NCBI GenBank assembly: GCA_963640685.1
Contig: CAVIAA010000003.1
Coordinates: 389 to 64,388 of the forward strand
Length of the DNA: 64,000 bases
Origin: Acutalibacteraceae bacterium
GTDB lineage: Bacteria > Bacillota > Clostridia > Christensenellales > CAG-138
Reading direction: 5' to 3'
Shown one piece after another: positions 25,499 through 33,941 of the stretch (its first letter is position 1; each line of letters starts with the position of its first letter). Under the pieces are notes generated by a model that was not told where the DNA came from, did not search any database, and saw nothing but the letters and a program-made list of their open reading frames with translations. Both the position numbers and the translations under genes were made by a program.

Positions 25499-27098
25499 AA
25501 CATTCCCCCTTGTCTTCGTTTTTACTGTTCAGCTCGTCCACTATTTCCCTCGCCATTGCCTTCAGACGTTTATCGTCTATCTTGCCACTTGCTGTCATTG
25601 GGAAATCCTCAAGCTGAAATACATACTTCGGCACCTTGAAGTTTGCAAGGTAGGTAGCCACATATCTCCGCAGTTTTTCCGGGTCTATCGGCCGTATAGC
25701 CTTTACAAAGGCCGCTACCTCTTCCTGTACGATCGGTGCATCTACACCAACTACCTTTACCATTGATATCGCAGGAGTTGCGTGATGAATACAGTCCTCT
25801 ATCTCTGTAGGAGATATATTCTCGCCGGATCGTATTATCATATCATCAGCTCTGCAAATGAAGTGATAATAACCCTTTTCATCCCGGAAGCCCATATCCC
25901 CTGTGTGAAGCCATCCATCAGCAGTGATCTTTTTGCCGTCATATTCCGGTCGGTTATAATAGCCGTTCATAACAGAAAAAGTTTTTACCTGTATCTCCCC
26001 CTGCTCTCCCACGGCCGCCTCCCTGTTCTCCCTGCAATGCCATATGCGCATGCTCACCCCCTCCAGCGGCTTGCCTATTGTGCTTACCGTAACGTCAATT
26101 GGGTCTCCGTACACCCCCATACACACTATGGGTGAGCATTCTGTCTGTCCATATACCGACAGGTAGTTCGTAAGGTGGAAGGTATTACACACCGCCTCAA
26201 AATCATCGCGGCTTATCTTAGAACCGCCCATCGTACCGGAATAAAACGAGCTCAGGTCATATTTCTCCCTGTCGGGGTGATCCTTGAGTATCAACAGCAT
26301 TGAAGGTACAGCATTAAAAACTGTGCATCTGTACTTTTCGATAGATGCCATTACCTCGACCGGAGAAAACTTGCGCACTATTACCGCGGATATACCGGCG
26401 CACATACTGAGTATCAGCGCGCACGTCAGGCCGGAGCAGTGGAACATCGGCATTGCTATGAGCATCTTGTCGCGCTGCGTCCAATGCATACCCTTTGCGA
26501 TTGCTCTGGCATCGTTTATTATCCCATAATGAGAAAGCAGCACACCTTTTGCCATCGCTGTGGTTCCGGAGGTAAAGATTATGGTACAGCTATCGTGACA
26601 GTCTATATCGCACTGAATGTTTGCCAGCAGTGCCTTTTCCTCATCCTTTACCTCCGTTTTTTCAAGCTCTTTAAATTCTTTTTCAATGTGCCAAGATTCC
26701 TTGACGGTTTTAAATTTGGGTGCCATCAAGCTATATATATAGTCATAATCCAGCCCCGCCTTCGCCTCGCCTATGAGCAGGTATCTTATCTCCACCTGGT
26801 TGATAAGCGGCCCCAACTCCATGGCTTTAAGGGAATAGTTGAACAACACCGCTACCGCGCCCAGCTTTTGCAGTGCAAAGTAGCTGCATGCCCAAGCTAT
26901 AGTGTTCACACCCCATATGCCGACACGCATACCTTTTCTCACGCCTCTCCCGTAAAAGGACGCGGCCATGGCATCCGATATTCTGTCTACATCTTTCCAA
27001 GCATAAGATACACCATCGAAAACATAGGCTTCCTTATCGGGATGCTCCGCCGCCTTCTCGTGAAGGCTCTGCGCGATCGTTTTGTTACAAAGTTCCAT
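25485..27098 (-). CDS. AMP-dependent acyl-CoA synthetase/ligase
   Basis: AMP-binding motifs IFTSGTTAMAKGV and DGWLHTGDMGF, plus a C-terminal PMTASGKI Lys motif. Start set at ATG 27098 (MELCNK), 7 nt after GGAGG. Confidence 0.9.
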   Translation of the reverse strand: MELCNKTIAQSLHEKAAEHPDKEAYVFDGVSYAWKDVDRISDAMAASFYGRGVRKGMRVGIWGVNTIAWACSYFALQKLGAVAVLFNYSLKAMELGPLINQVEIRYLLIGEAKAGLDYDYIYSLMAPKFKTVKESWHIEKEFKELEKTEVKDEEKALLANIQCDIDCHDSCTIIFTSGTTAMAKGVLLSHYGIINDARAIAKGMHWTQRDKMLIAMPMFHCSGLTCALILSMCAGISAVIVRKFSPVEVMASIEKYRCTVFNAVPSMLLILKDHPDREKYDLSSFYSGTMGGSKISRDDFEAVCNTFHLTNYLSVYGQTECSPIVCMGVYGDPIDVTVSTIGKPLEGVSMRIWHCRENREAAVGEQGEIQVKTFSVMNGYYNRPEYDGKKITADGWLHTGDMGFRDEKGYYHFICRADDMIIRSGENISPTEIEDCIHHATPAISMVKVVGVDAPIVQEEVAAFVKAIRPIDPEKLRRYVATYLANFKVPKYVFQLEDFPMTASGKIDDKRLKAMAREIVDELNSKNEDKGECCGNS

Positions 27099-27128
27099 AA
27101 ACGACCTCCGCTTAAACAAAGCGTATAT

Positions 27129-27146
27129 GATTGCATTTCTGCAATC
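27129..27146. promoter_or_regulatory. Perfect palindrome GATTGCA-TTTC-TGCAATC in the 5' region of the ligase operon
   Basis: 7-bp arms with a 4-bp spacer, 31 nt upstream of the ligase start. As RNA on the minus strand it gives a 7-bp stem with a GAAA tetraloop. Confidence 0.45.
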
Positions 27147-27191
27147 ATTTGTAATCCTTTAGGTCAAGTGCGGCACTATACTACACAAACA

Positions 27192-27219
27192 AATCTAAAA
27201 ATGCAAGAGGTTTGTTCAA
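27192..27219 (-). promoter_or_regulatory. Possible promoter of the ligase/dehydratase operon: TTGAAC, 16 nt spacer, TAGATT
   Basis: This is the best sigma-70-like match on the minus strand of the intergenic region. No -24/-12 element was found. Confidence 0.3.
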
Positions 27220-27286
27220 AATTTGGCAGTTATTTTTAAGCAAAAATCGCTTGTCATAAATTCTTGTGTATTTTTTTGATAAGTAT

Positions 27287-27315
27287 TTGACATTTCCATC
27301 CGGGTAGTGTACTAT
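27287..27315 (+). promoter_or_regulatory. Promoter TTGACA, 17 nt spacer, TACTAT for the regulator gene
   Basis: Consensus -35 at 27287-27292, exact 17-nt spacer, -10 at 27310-27315. Confidence 0.6.
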
Positions 27316-27349
27316 ACTTGCGTAATCCTCATCAAGTGCTTTCGGAGGT

Positions 27350-27367
27350 GATTGCAAAAATGCAACC
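27350..27367. promoter_or_regulatory. Second copy of the palindrome (GATTGCA-AAAA-TGCAACC), overlapping the regulator start codon
   Basis: Same half-sites as the 27129-27146 element. The ATG at 27360 lies inside the element. Confidence 0.4.
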
Positions 27368-28721
27368 ATCACTTTCTACGCTGATCGCTCATGCTGTTGA
27401 GCATTCCTACGATGGGCTTATGATCGCCGATGGTTCAGGTTACGTTATATACTTCAACGAAGCATATAAACGGTTGACCGATCTTGCCGGCGGTACTATG
27501 AAACCCGGCGTAAATATGCAGGCTCTCGTGGATAAAAACATTATCGACGGCTCAACCTGTATGCAGGCAATATGTACAAAGCGTGTTTCTGTGGACGTCC
27601 ACAGCACTAAGAATGGCACCATAGTTGCCGATTCCTGCCCTATCATGGACGAGAACGGCGATGTTCAGTATGTCATAACTAATGTACTGGACGGTTCGGC
27701 ATATGCTGACCTTGCAAAACGCATCGGCCGCGTAGAAAAGAAAATGAATCAGCTTACCAGCCATTTTGCGCTGGCTGCCGGCACTCAGTCAAAGGGTATA
27801 ATAGCCGTCAGCAAGGTAAGCCGAGAATGTCTCCGGACAGCAACAGCCATGGCCACCTACAATATGCCGGTATTCATATCCGGCGAGGTCGGAACCGGCA
27901 AAAGCATGCTGGCCCGTTTTATACACGATCACAGCAACCGCAGCGATAAACCTTTTATTCGGATATCTTGCGGTGCTCTGGACGACGCAGCACTTTCGGA
28001 GGAAATTTTCGGCACGCCGGGCAAGCCCGGCAAGATTGCTGAGGCAAACGGTGGAACAATGCTTGTTAGTAATGTTGACGAGTTGTCGCTTACAATGCAG
28101 GCAAAGCTTCTCAGGATGCTGGATACAAATACATACCGAGACCCTGACACTGGTGAAAATGTGAACGTCAATGTAAGGGTGATATGTACCTCCAGCATTC
28201 CGCTCAGGTCACTTGTAAACGAAAAGAAATTCAGAAGTGACCTTTATTACAAGCTCAGTGTGCTCAACCTTACGGTGCTTCCTCTCAGGGAGCGCAGGGA
28301 GGATATATACCCTACATTCCTCTTTTTCTTGGAGCATTACAACAAAAAGTACAACACCAAGAGGAAGATAAGCGCTGCCAGTATGCAGATATTGGAGGAT
28401 TATTCCTGGCTCGGCAATGCAAGAGAAATACGCAATGTGGTAGAAGAAATGGTCATTACAGGCACCGGCGAGTACCTGACCATACCGCAAAAAATACTTG
28501 CCGAAGTATACGGCCATGCCGTAAGCGGCAGTACTGTGTGTTTCGATACTCTTTCCGACTATATGGATAAGCGCGAAAGGGACTATCTCACGAAGGTATA
28601 CGCCGAGGTAGGTTCAACTAGAAAACTTGCCGAGGCTTTAGGCGTAAACCATTCAACCGTAATGCGTAAGCTGAAGAAATACGGCATTCACCTGTCCGGA
28701 ATAAATGGCGATGTTGGATAA
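27360..28721 (+). CDS. PAS-AAA+-HTH transcriptional regulator of the sigma-54 enhancer-binding-protein family, lacking the GAFTGA loop (TyrR-like)
   Basis: PAS-like N-terminus. Walker A GEVGTGKS, Walker B GGTMLVSNVDEL, sensor/R-finger NAREIRNVVE, and a C-terminal Fis-type HTH (LAEALGVNHSTVMRKLKKYGI). The segment EEIFGTPGKPGKIAEANGG replaces the canonical FG..GAFTGA..G.fe.A.gG region. Confidence 0.85.
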   Translation: MQPSLSTLIAHAVEHSYDGLMIADGSGYVIYFNEAYKRLTDLAGGTMKPGVNMQALVDKNIIDGSTCMQAICTKRVSVDVHSTKNGTIVADSCPIMDENGDVQYVITNVLDGSAYADLAKRIGRVEKKMNQLTSHFALAAGTQSKGIIAVSKVSRECLRTATAMATYNMPVFISGEVGTGKSMLARFIHDHSNRSDKPFIRISCGALDDAALSEEIFGTPGKPGKIAEANGGTMLVSNVDELSLTMQAKLLRMLDTNTYRDPDTGENVNVNVRVICTSSIPLRSLVNEKKFRSDLYYKLSVLNLTVLPLRERREDIYPTFLFFLEHYNKKYNTKRKISAASMQILEDYSWLGNAREIRNVVEEMVITGTGEYLTIPQKILAEVYGHAVSGSTVCFDTLSDYMDKRERDYLTKVYAEVGSTRKLAEALGVNHSTVMRKLKKYGIHLSGINGDVG

Positions 28722-28769
28722 GGAACACACCTTCGCTATCACAGAACGCAAAACAGAAAGGACAGTTTT

Positions 28770-30005
28770 ATGACAAAGAACCCCTACAATCTTCTTGATG
28801 GCGTGCGCGTAGTCGAGCTGACTACCTATGTGGCAGCGCCGGCAGCCGGCAGAATACTGGCCGACTGGGGCGCCGAGTGCATCAAGGTTGAGGCGCCCCC
28901 AAGGGGCGACACCACACGTTTTGCAGTACCGCTTCCCGGTATGCGTCCGCTCGCCTACGGTATACATAATGCAAACAAGCACAGCATTTGCCTGAACCTC
29001 AAGGCCCCCGATGGCCTGGAGGCCATGCACAAGCTTCTCGCTACTGCCGATGTATTTCTCACCAACACCCGTACCAGTGCACTGAAAAAAATCGGCATGG
29101 ACTATGAAACGCTCTCCGCAATGTATCCCAAGCTCATATGGGCTCAGATAACCGGCTTTGGTGAAACGGGTTCCATGGCCAACGACGCAGGCTTTGATAA
29201 CACCTGTTTCTGGGCTTTTGGTGGTGCCATGTACGCCACTATGGAAAAGAATACTTCCCCTATGATTCCCCTCTCCGCCTTTGCCGATAATATGACCGCC
29301 TGCACGATGGCCGGCGCCATATGTGCCGCAGTCGTAAAGCAGCGTGCTACCGGTGAGGGCAGCAAGGTTGGTGTCTCCCTTTATGGTCAGGCCGTATGGG
29401 GACTTTCCGATCCTTTTGTTTCTATACAGTGCTCTGATTTGGATCAGTACCCCAAGAGCCGTCTCCAGAACACTCCACTCAACAACACCTACGAGTGCAA
29501 GGACGGCAAGTGGATAATGGTGTGCTGCCATGAATACGAGAGATATTTTCCCTTGTTCATGAAGATATTCAAGCGTGACGAGCTCATCAACGACCCTGTG
29601 CTCAGCACCTTTAACGGTGGCAATGCCCATAGCCAGACCGTCATAGGCATAGTTGCCGATGGCTTTAAGATGTTTACTCGCGACGAGGCTGACCAAGCGC
29701 TCCGTGAGAATGACATCCCACACGCGATACTCACCAACGTTCCTGAGGTTCTCGAATCAAAGCAGGCATGGGACAACCTCTATCTGCGCCACTACAAGAA
29801 CGCAGAGGGAGAGGATTTCGTAGAAGCTCAGACTCCCGCAAAGTTCGGCGGCGTTACCGAACCCCCAAGGGCTGATGCTCCTTCTCTCGGCCAAGATACC
29901 TCGTTCTACCTAAAGGAGTTAGGCTATTCAGAAGAAAACATAAAGAAGCTGCTGGATGAAGGCACCGCAATGGAGACTGACCTCCAGTATTTCAATCTCA
30001 AGTAA
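28770..30005 (+). CDS. Family III (CaiB/BaiF) CoA-transferase, HadA/FldA-like
   Basis: N-terminus LLDGVRVVELTTYVAAPAAGRILADWGAECIKVE is the family III signature. 411 aa. Confidence 0.9.
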   Translation: MTKNPYNLLDGVRVVELTTYVAAPAAGRILADWGAECIKVEAPPRGDTTRFAVPLPGMRPLAYGIHNANKHSICLNLKAPDGLEAMHKLLATADVFLTNTRTSALKKIGMDYETLSAMYPKLIWAQITGFGETGSMANDAGFDNTCFWAFGGAMYATMEKNTSPMIPLSAFADNMTACTMAGAICAAVVKQRATGEGSKVGVSLYGQAVWGLSDPFVSIQCSDLDQYPKSRLQNTPLNNTYECKDGKWIMVCCHEYERYFPLFMKIFKRDELINDPVLSTFNGGNAHSQTVIGIVADGFKMFTRDEADQALRENDIPHAILTNVPEVLESKQAWDNLYLRHYKNAEGEDFVEAQTPAKFGGVTEPPRADAPSLGQDTSFYLKELGYSEENIKKLLDEGTAMETDLQYFNLK

Positions 30006-30054
30006 CGTTATTAACCGTAAAAATTACTATTTACCATTTGATAGGAGATTAATT

Positions 30055-31224
30055 ATGGATAACAAAAATAAGGTATCGTTCGGTGCGATTTTGGCAATAT
30101 CTGCCACTTGGTTCTCTATACACGCAGGCGGCGGTTTTGCCTCCGGAAGCCAAACAATGGGCTTCCTTACCCGTTTTGGTTATCATGCGATATGGACCCC
30201 CATTCTAGTGGTCGTACTAATTGCTTGGGCCTATCGTGAGTTGCTCATACTCGGCAAGAATAATAACATCTATAACTTCCGTCAGCTTACCGATAAGTTG
30301 TACCATCCTTATGAAAAGGTACTCTCTCCCGTATACGAAGTAGCCTTTAATATCGCGAACATTATGGCCATAGCTTCCTGCGTAGCGGGCGGCGCAACAG
30401 TATTTCAGACCTACTTTGGCCTCAATTATTACGTTGGCATCGTACTCGTCGGTCTTGTAATGCTGCTGCTGTGCATCTACGGCCGCAAGGTAGTTACCGC
30501 AGCCGGCACGGTACTTGCCGTCCTGATTTTTGTTTGCATGCTGATTATCTGCTTTACCGCCATATTCAACGGCAATGCCCATCTTGGTCAGTGGATGTCT
30601 TCCGAGCAAGCCAACTCCTCCAACTTCGGTTATATCCTGTTAAAGGTATTCTCCTATGCCGGCTTCCAGTGTTGGGGTCCCGTCGGCGGCATCCTCGGTA
30701 TATCCACAGTTCTTCGCACCGATAAGAATATCGATAAGATGTTGTTCTACGGTATTATAATTAACTCCATAATGCTTTGGTTCACCAACTTCGTGATGAT
30801 GTGCTACATGCCCGAATGCACTGAATCCGCTCTGCCCCTGCTCTGGGTCTGCCAGTCCACCGGTTCTGCTGCAGTATCCATCTGCTACGTTATCGCCCTG
30901 ATGTCCGCTTATATTTCCACTGGCGTCGGCGTTATCTACGGTCTGGTACTTCGTTACTCCCCCATGCTCGATAAGAAGATGCCCAACTCCAAGAAGACTA
31001 CCCACAACACTATCGTTGCCGTGTTCTTCATCGTGCTGACCGTTTTGGCATCCACCATCGGCCTCACCAACATCATCAATTATGGTTTTGGCTATATGGG
31101 TTATGTCGGTATCATTCTGATTTGGCTGCCCGCCGTTATCGCCGGAACTATCAAAAACCGTGCATTCAAAAAGGCAAACCCCGGCTTTGACGAAAAGAAC
31201 CTTTCTACTGAGATCGACAACTAA
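30055..31224 (+). CDS. YkvI-like membrane transporter (APC-superfamily-like)
   Basis: 389 aa, about 11 TM helices. N-terminal HAGGGFASGSQ motif, as in YkvI-family proteins. RBS AGGAG. Confidence 0.5.
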   Translation: MDNKNKVSFGAILAISATWFSIHAGGGFASGSQTMGFLTRFGYHAIWTPILVVVLIAWAYRELLILGKNNNIYNFRQLTDKLYHPYEKVLSPVYEVAFNIANIMAIASCVAGGATVFQTYFGLNYYVGIVLVGLVMLLLCIYGRKVVTAAGTVLAVLIFVCMLIICFTAIFNGNAHLGQWMSSEQANSSNFGYILLKVFSYAGFQCWGPVGGILGISTVLRTDKNIDKMLFYGIIINSIMLWFTNFVMMCYMPECTESALPLLWVCQSTGSAAVSICYVIALMSAYISTGVGVIYGLVLRYSPMLDKKMPNSKKTTHNTIVAVFFIVLTVLASTIGLTNIINYGFGYMGYVGIILIWLPAVIAGTIKNRAFKKANPGFDEKNLSTEIDN

Positions 31225-31326
31225 ACTAGTATACGGATTTAAATAACAAGGTGCAACTTTCGGCTGAGGCGCTTTGCTTCCATAAAAAAATAAGTGTGCA
31301 GCATCCATGCCGCACCAAACCATCAG

Positions 31327-31358
31327 AAAACCCCCGGCATTCGCTGGGGGTTTTGTGA
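31327..31358 (+). terminator. Intrinsic terminator
   Basis: AAAACCCCC GGCATTCGCT GGGGGTTTT followed by GTG. Confidence 0.65.
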
Positions 31359-31361
31359 TCT

Positions 31362-31403
31362 GATCCCACCGGTGTATCCGGGGGATCGCGTTCTTTTTGT
31401 TTT
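31362..31403 (+). terminator. Second tandem terminator
   Basis: GATCCCACCGG TGTAT CCGGGGGATC followed by GCGTTCTTTTTGTTTTTT. Confidence 0.5.
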
Positions 31404-31946
31404 TTATTTCAGCCTGCAATAGCAGTCTATCGCGAATATCACCGCGTCCAGCCCAAGCAGCATAAGGTCTATACCTATGAGCATGCCCAGCGTTGCGGCG
31501 GAGGCCGCGGGGTTAAACAGCAGTATAACGCCCAGCACGAGGCCGACCGCGTTTGAAACGAGGGCAAGCCAGAAGCTCGCCTCGCCAGCAAGGCAGCGAA
31601 CCATATTCAGGTGGGCAAGGCGGGCTATGCAGTGGGCAATTATAAACGCCGGAAAGAGCACCAGCATGGCCCCTGTGCCAACGCCGGGATGGGCTATCAG
31701 CACAAGACCCAGCATTATGGATATTATGCCGGATGTCAACGATACCGCGGGTCTCAATCCGGTGTGCCGCTCAAGGCGTATGTAAAACATTACATCGGCA
31801 AGGCCGGTGACCGCGGCGATCATGCCGACTATGACCGTAAGGCTGTTGAGCACCTGCTCTGTGCGCAGCATCGTTGCAACGCCGAGCATTACCAGCAGCA
31901 CGCCCTCCAGCAGCTCTATGCAAATATATCTGTGTTCAGAGCTCAT
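31404..31946 (-). CDS. DUF308/HdeD-family membrane protein
   Basis: 180 aa with six hydrophobic helices and a repeated LG..L...G pattern. A 4-nt ATGA overlap with the ftsH stop. Confidence 0.7.
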   Translation of the reverse strand: MSSEHRYICIELLEGVLLVMLGVATMLRTEQVLNSLTVIVGMIAAVTGLADVMFYIRLERHTGLRPAVSLTSGIISIMLGLVLIAHPGVGTGAMLVLFPAFIIAHCIARLAHLNMVRCLAGEASFWLALVSNAVGLVLGVILLFNPAASAATLGMLIGIDLMLLGLDAVIFAIDCYCRLK

Positions 31947-33772
31947 ACCGCCGCCTCCTTAAAGCCGTTCAATATACCCATAAATTCCTCGCCGGTGATG
32001 GTTTCCTTCTCGGTAAGGTACTGCGCCAGCTTATCCAGCTTTTCTCTGTTATCCCGAAGCAGGCTCAGCGCCTTCTCGTGCTGCCGCTTTATTATGTCCG
32101 TCACCTTCTGGTCGATAACCCGCTGCGTATCCGCAGAGCAGCTCAGCGAGGTGTCCCCGCCTAGGTACTGGTTGGTCACCGTCTCCATCGCGACCATGCC
32201 GAACTCATCGCTCATGCCGTAGCGGGTTATCATTGCGCGGGCGAGCTTTGTCGCCTGCTCAATGTCGTTTGATGCGCCTGTGGTTATCTCGTTGAACGCG
32301 ACCTCCTCCGCGGCTCGCCCGCCCGTAAGCGTAGCTATCTTGTTTTCCAGCTCCTCCTTCGAAAGGAGATACCTGTCGTTTTCCTCAACCTGCATAGTGT
32401 ATCCCAGCGCGCCGGAGGTACGGGGGATTATGGTTATCTTCTGCACAGGCGCGGAATTGGACTGAAGCGCCGCGACCAGCGCGTGGCCTATCTCGTGGTA
32501 GGCAACGATACTGCGCTCCTTATCCGAAAGCACGGCGTTCTTCTTCTGGTATCCCGCTATTACCACCTCAACGCTCTCCTCAAGGTCGGCCTGCGAAACC
32601 GTTTTTCTGCCGCTGCGAACCGCCCTGAGCGCGCCCTCGTTGATCATATTCGCAAGCTCTGCGCCGGATGCGCCGGAGGTCATTCTGGCAATGACGTGAT
32701 AGTCCACGTCCGGCTCCGCCTTTATCTTGCGGGCGTGTACCTTTAATATGGCCTCCCTGCCGTTAAGGTCGGGCAGCTCGACCGGTATCCGCCTGTCAAA
32801 GCGGCCTGGGCGGGTCAGCGCCGGGTCGAGCGACTCCGGCCTGTTCGTTGCAGCAAGTATTATTACGCCGTTGTTGCCGTCAAAGCCGTCCATCTCGGTC
32901 AAAAGCTGGTTCAGCGTCTGCTCCCTCTCGTCGTTTCCGCCGAACTGGCCGTCTCTCTTTTTGCCGATTGCGTCTATCTCGTCGATAAATACTATGCAGG
33001 GCGCCTTCTGCTTTGCCTGCTCAAAAAGGTCGCGAACCTTGGATGCGCCCATTCCAACGAACATCTCGACAAATTCCGAGCCGGATATCGAGAAGAACGG
33101 AACGTTGGATTCACCCGCAACTGCCTTTGCAAGCATGGTCTTTCCGGTGCCCGGAGGGCCGACGAGCAGCAGCCCCTTAGGCATGGATGCGCCGACCTCG
33201 CTGTATTTCGTTGGGTCGTGCAGGTAGTCGACTACCTCCGCAAGGCTTTCCTTCGCCTCGTCCTCGCCCGCAACGTCGTCAAAGTGTATGCCCTCGGTGG
33301 ACTGAATGTATATCTTGGCGTTGCTCTTACCCATTCCGCCGAACATCAGCGAATCCTTGCCGCCGGCCTGGCTGAGCAGCCGCTTTGAGAGGTACTGGCC
33401 GAGCGCTACGAAGAGTATTATCGGCAGCACGCCGGTGATGAGATAGCTCACGAGCGGGCTCACGGTCTTTTCTATCGTCCGGTCAAATTGCGCGCCGGAT
33501 TCATACAGCCTCTCGGTGAGATCCGGGTCGTCCATCGCGCTGGTATAGTATACATTGTCGTCCTTGTCGGTAAAGGTGATCTCATCGGTGTTCACCTGAA
33601 CCTTGTTTACCTCCTTGTTTTCCACCATGCGCATAAAGGTGCCGTAATCCACCTCCTTGACAGGATCATCAAGGAACATGGGTGCAATAAATGCATTAAA
33701 CAGCACAACGCACAGCAGCACGATGCTGTAATAGAACAGCAGCGGCTTTTTAGGCGGCTTTGCTTCTTTCAT
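31943..33772 (-). CDS. ftsH: ATP-dependent zinc metalloprotease FtsH
   Basis: Walker A GPPGTGKT, Walker B IVFIDEIDA, SRH region, and the Zn motif HEIGHAL. Start set at ATG 33772 (MKEAKPPKKP) after the GGGAG RBS. Confidence 0.95.
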   Translation of the reverse strand: MKEAKPPKKPLLFYYSIVLLCVVLFNAFIAPMFLDDPVKEVDYGTFMRMVENKEVNKVQVNTDEITFTDKDDNVYYTSAMDDPDLTERLYESGAQFDRTIEKTVSPLVSYLITGVLPIILFVALGQYLSKRLLSQAGGKDSLMFGGMGKSNAKIYIQSTEGIHFDDVAGEDEAKESLAEVVDYLHDPTKYSEVGASMPKGLLLVGPPGTGKTMLAKAVAGESNVPFFSISGSEFVEMFVGMGASKVRDLFEQAKQKAPCIVFIDEIDAIGKKRDGQFGGNDEREQTLNQLLTEMDGFDGNNGVIILAATNRPESLDPALTRPGRFDRRIPVELPDLNGREAILKVHARKIKAEPDVDYHVIARMTSGASGAELANMINEGALRAVRSGRKTVSQADLEESVEVVIAGYQKKNAVLSDKERSIVAYHEIGHALVAALQSNSAPVQKITIIPRTSGALGYTMQVEENDRYLLSKEELENKIATLTGGRAAEEVAFNEITTGASNDIEQATKLARAMITRYGMSDEFGMVAMETVTNQYLGGDTSLSCSADTQRVIDQKVTDIIKRQHEKALSLLRDNREKLDKLAQYLTEKETITGEEFMGILNGFKEAAV

Positions 33773-33941
33773 TTTTTCACTCCCTTTAAGTATAAATTCT
33801 ATATAAACACTTCTAATATTTAAAGTATAGTGCGGCGGTTTTGCTTTGTCCATTGAGCCGGCGCAGTTTTCACCTTTATTTTTCAATCCCCAAAATAAAA
33901 AGCACGCACAGCCGGGGCGGGCTGCGCATGCCGCTTGGTAT

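Noticed and set aside
28722-28737. A sigma-54-like element GGAACACACCTTCGCT upstream of the CoA-transferase gene. Also TTGAAC..TTGCAT (27199-27219, minus strand) upstream of the ligase gene.
   Set aside because: The GG-to-GC spacing is 13 nt rather than 12, and the -24 or -12 boxes are poor (GGAAC / TCGC; TGAAC instead of TGGCAC). The cognate regulator lacks GAFTGA, so a sigma-54 promoter is not expected.
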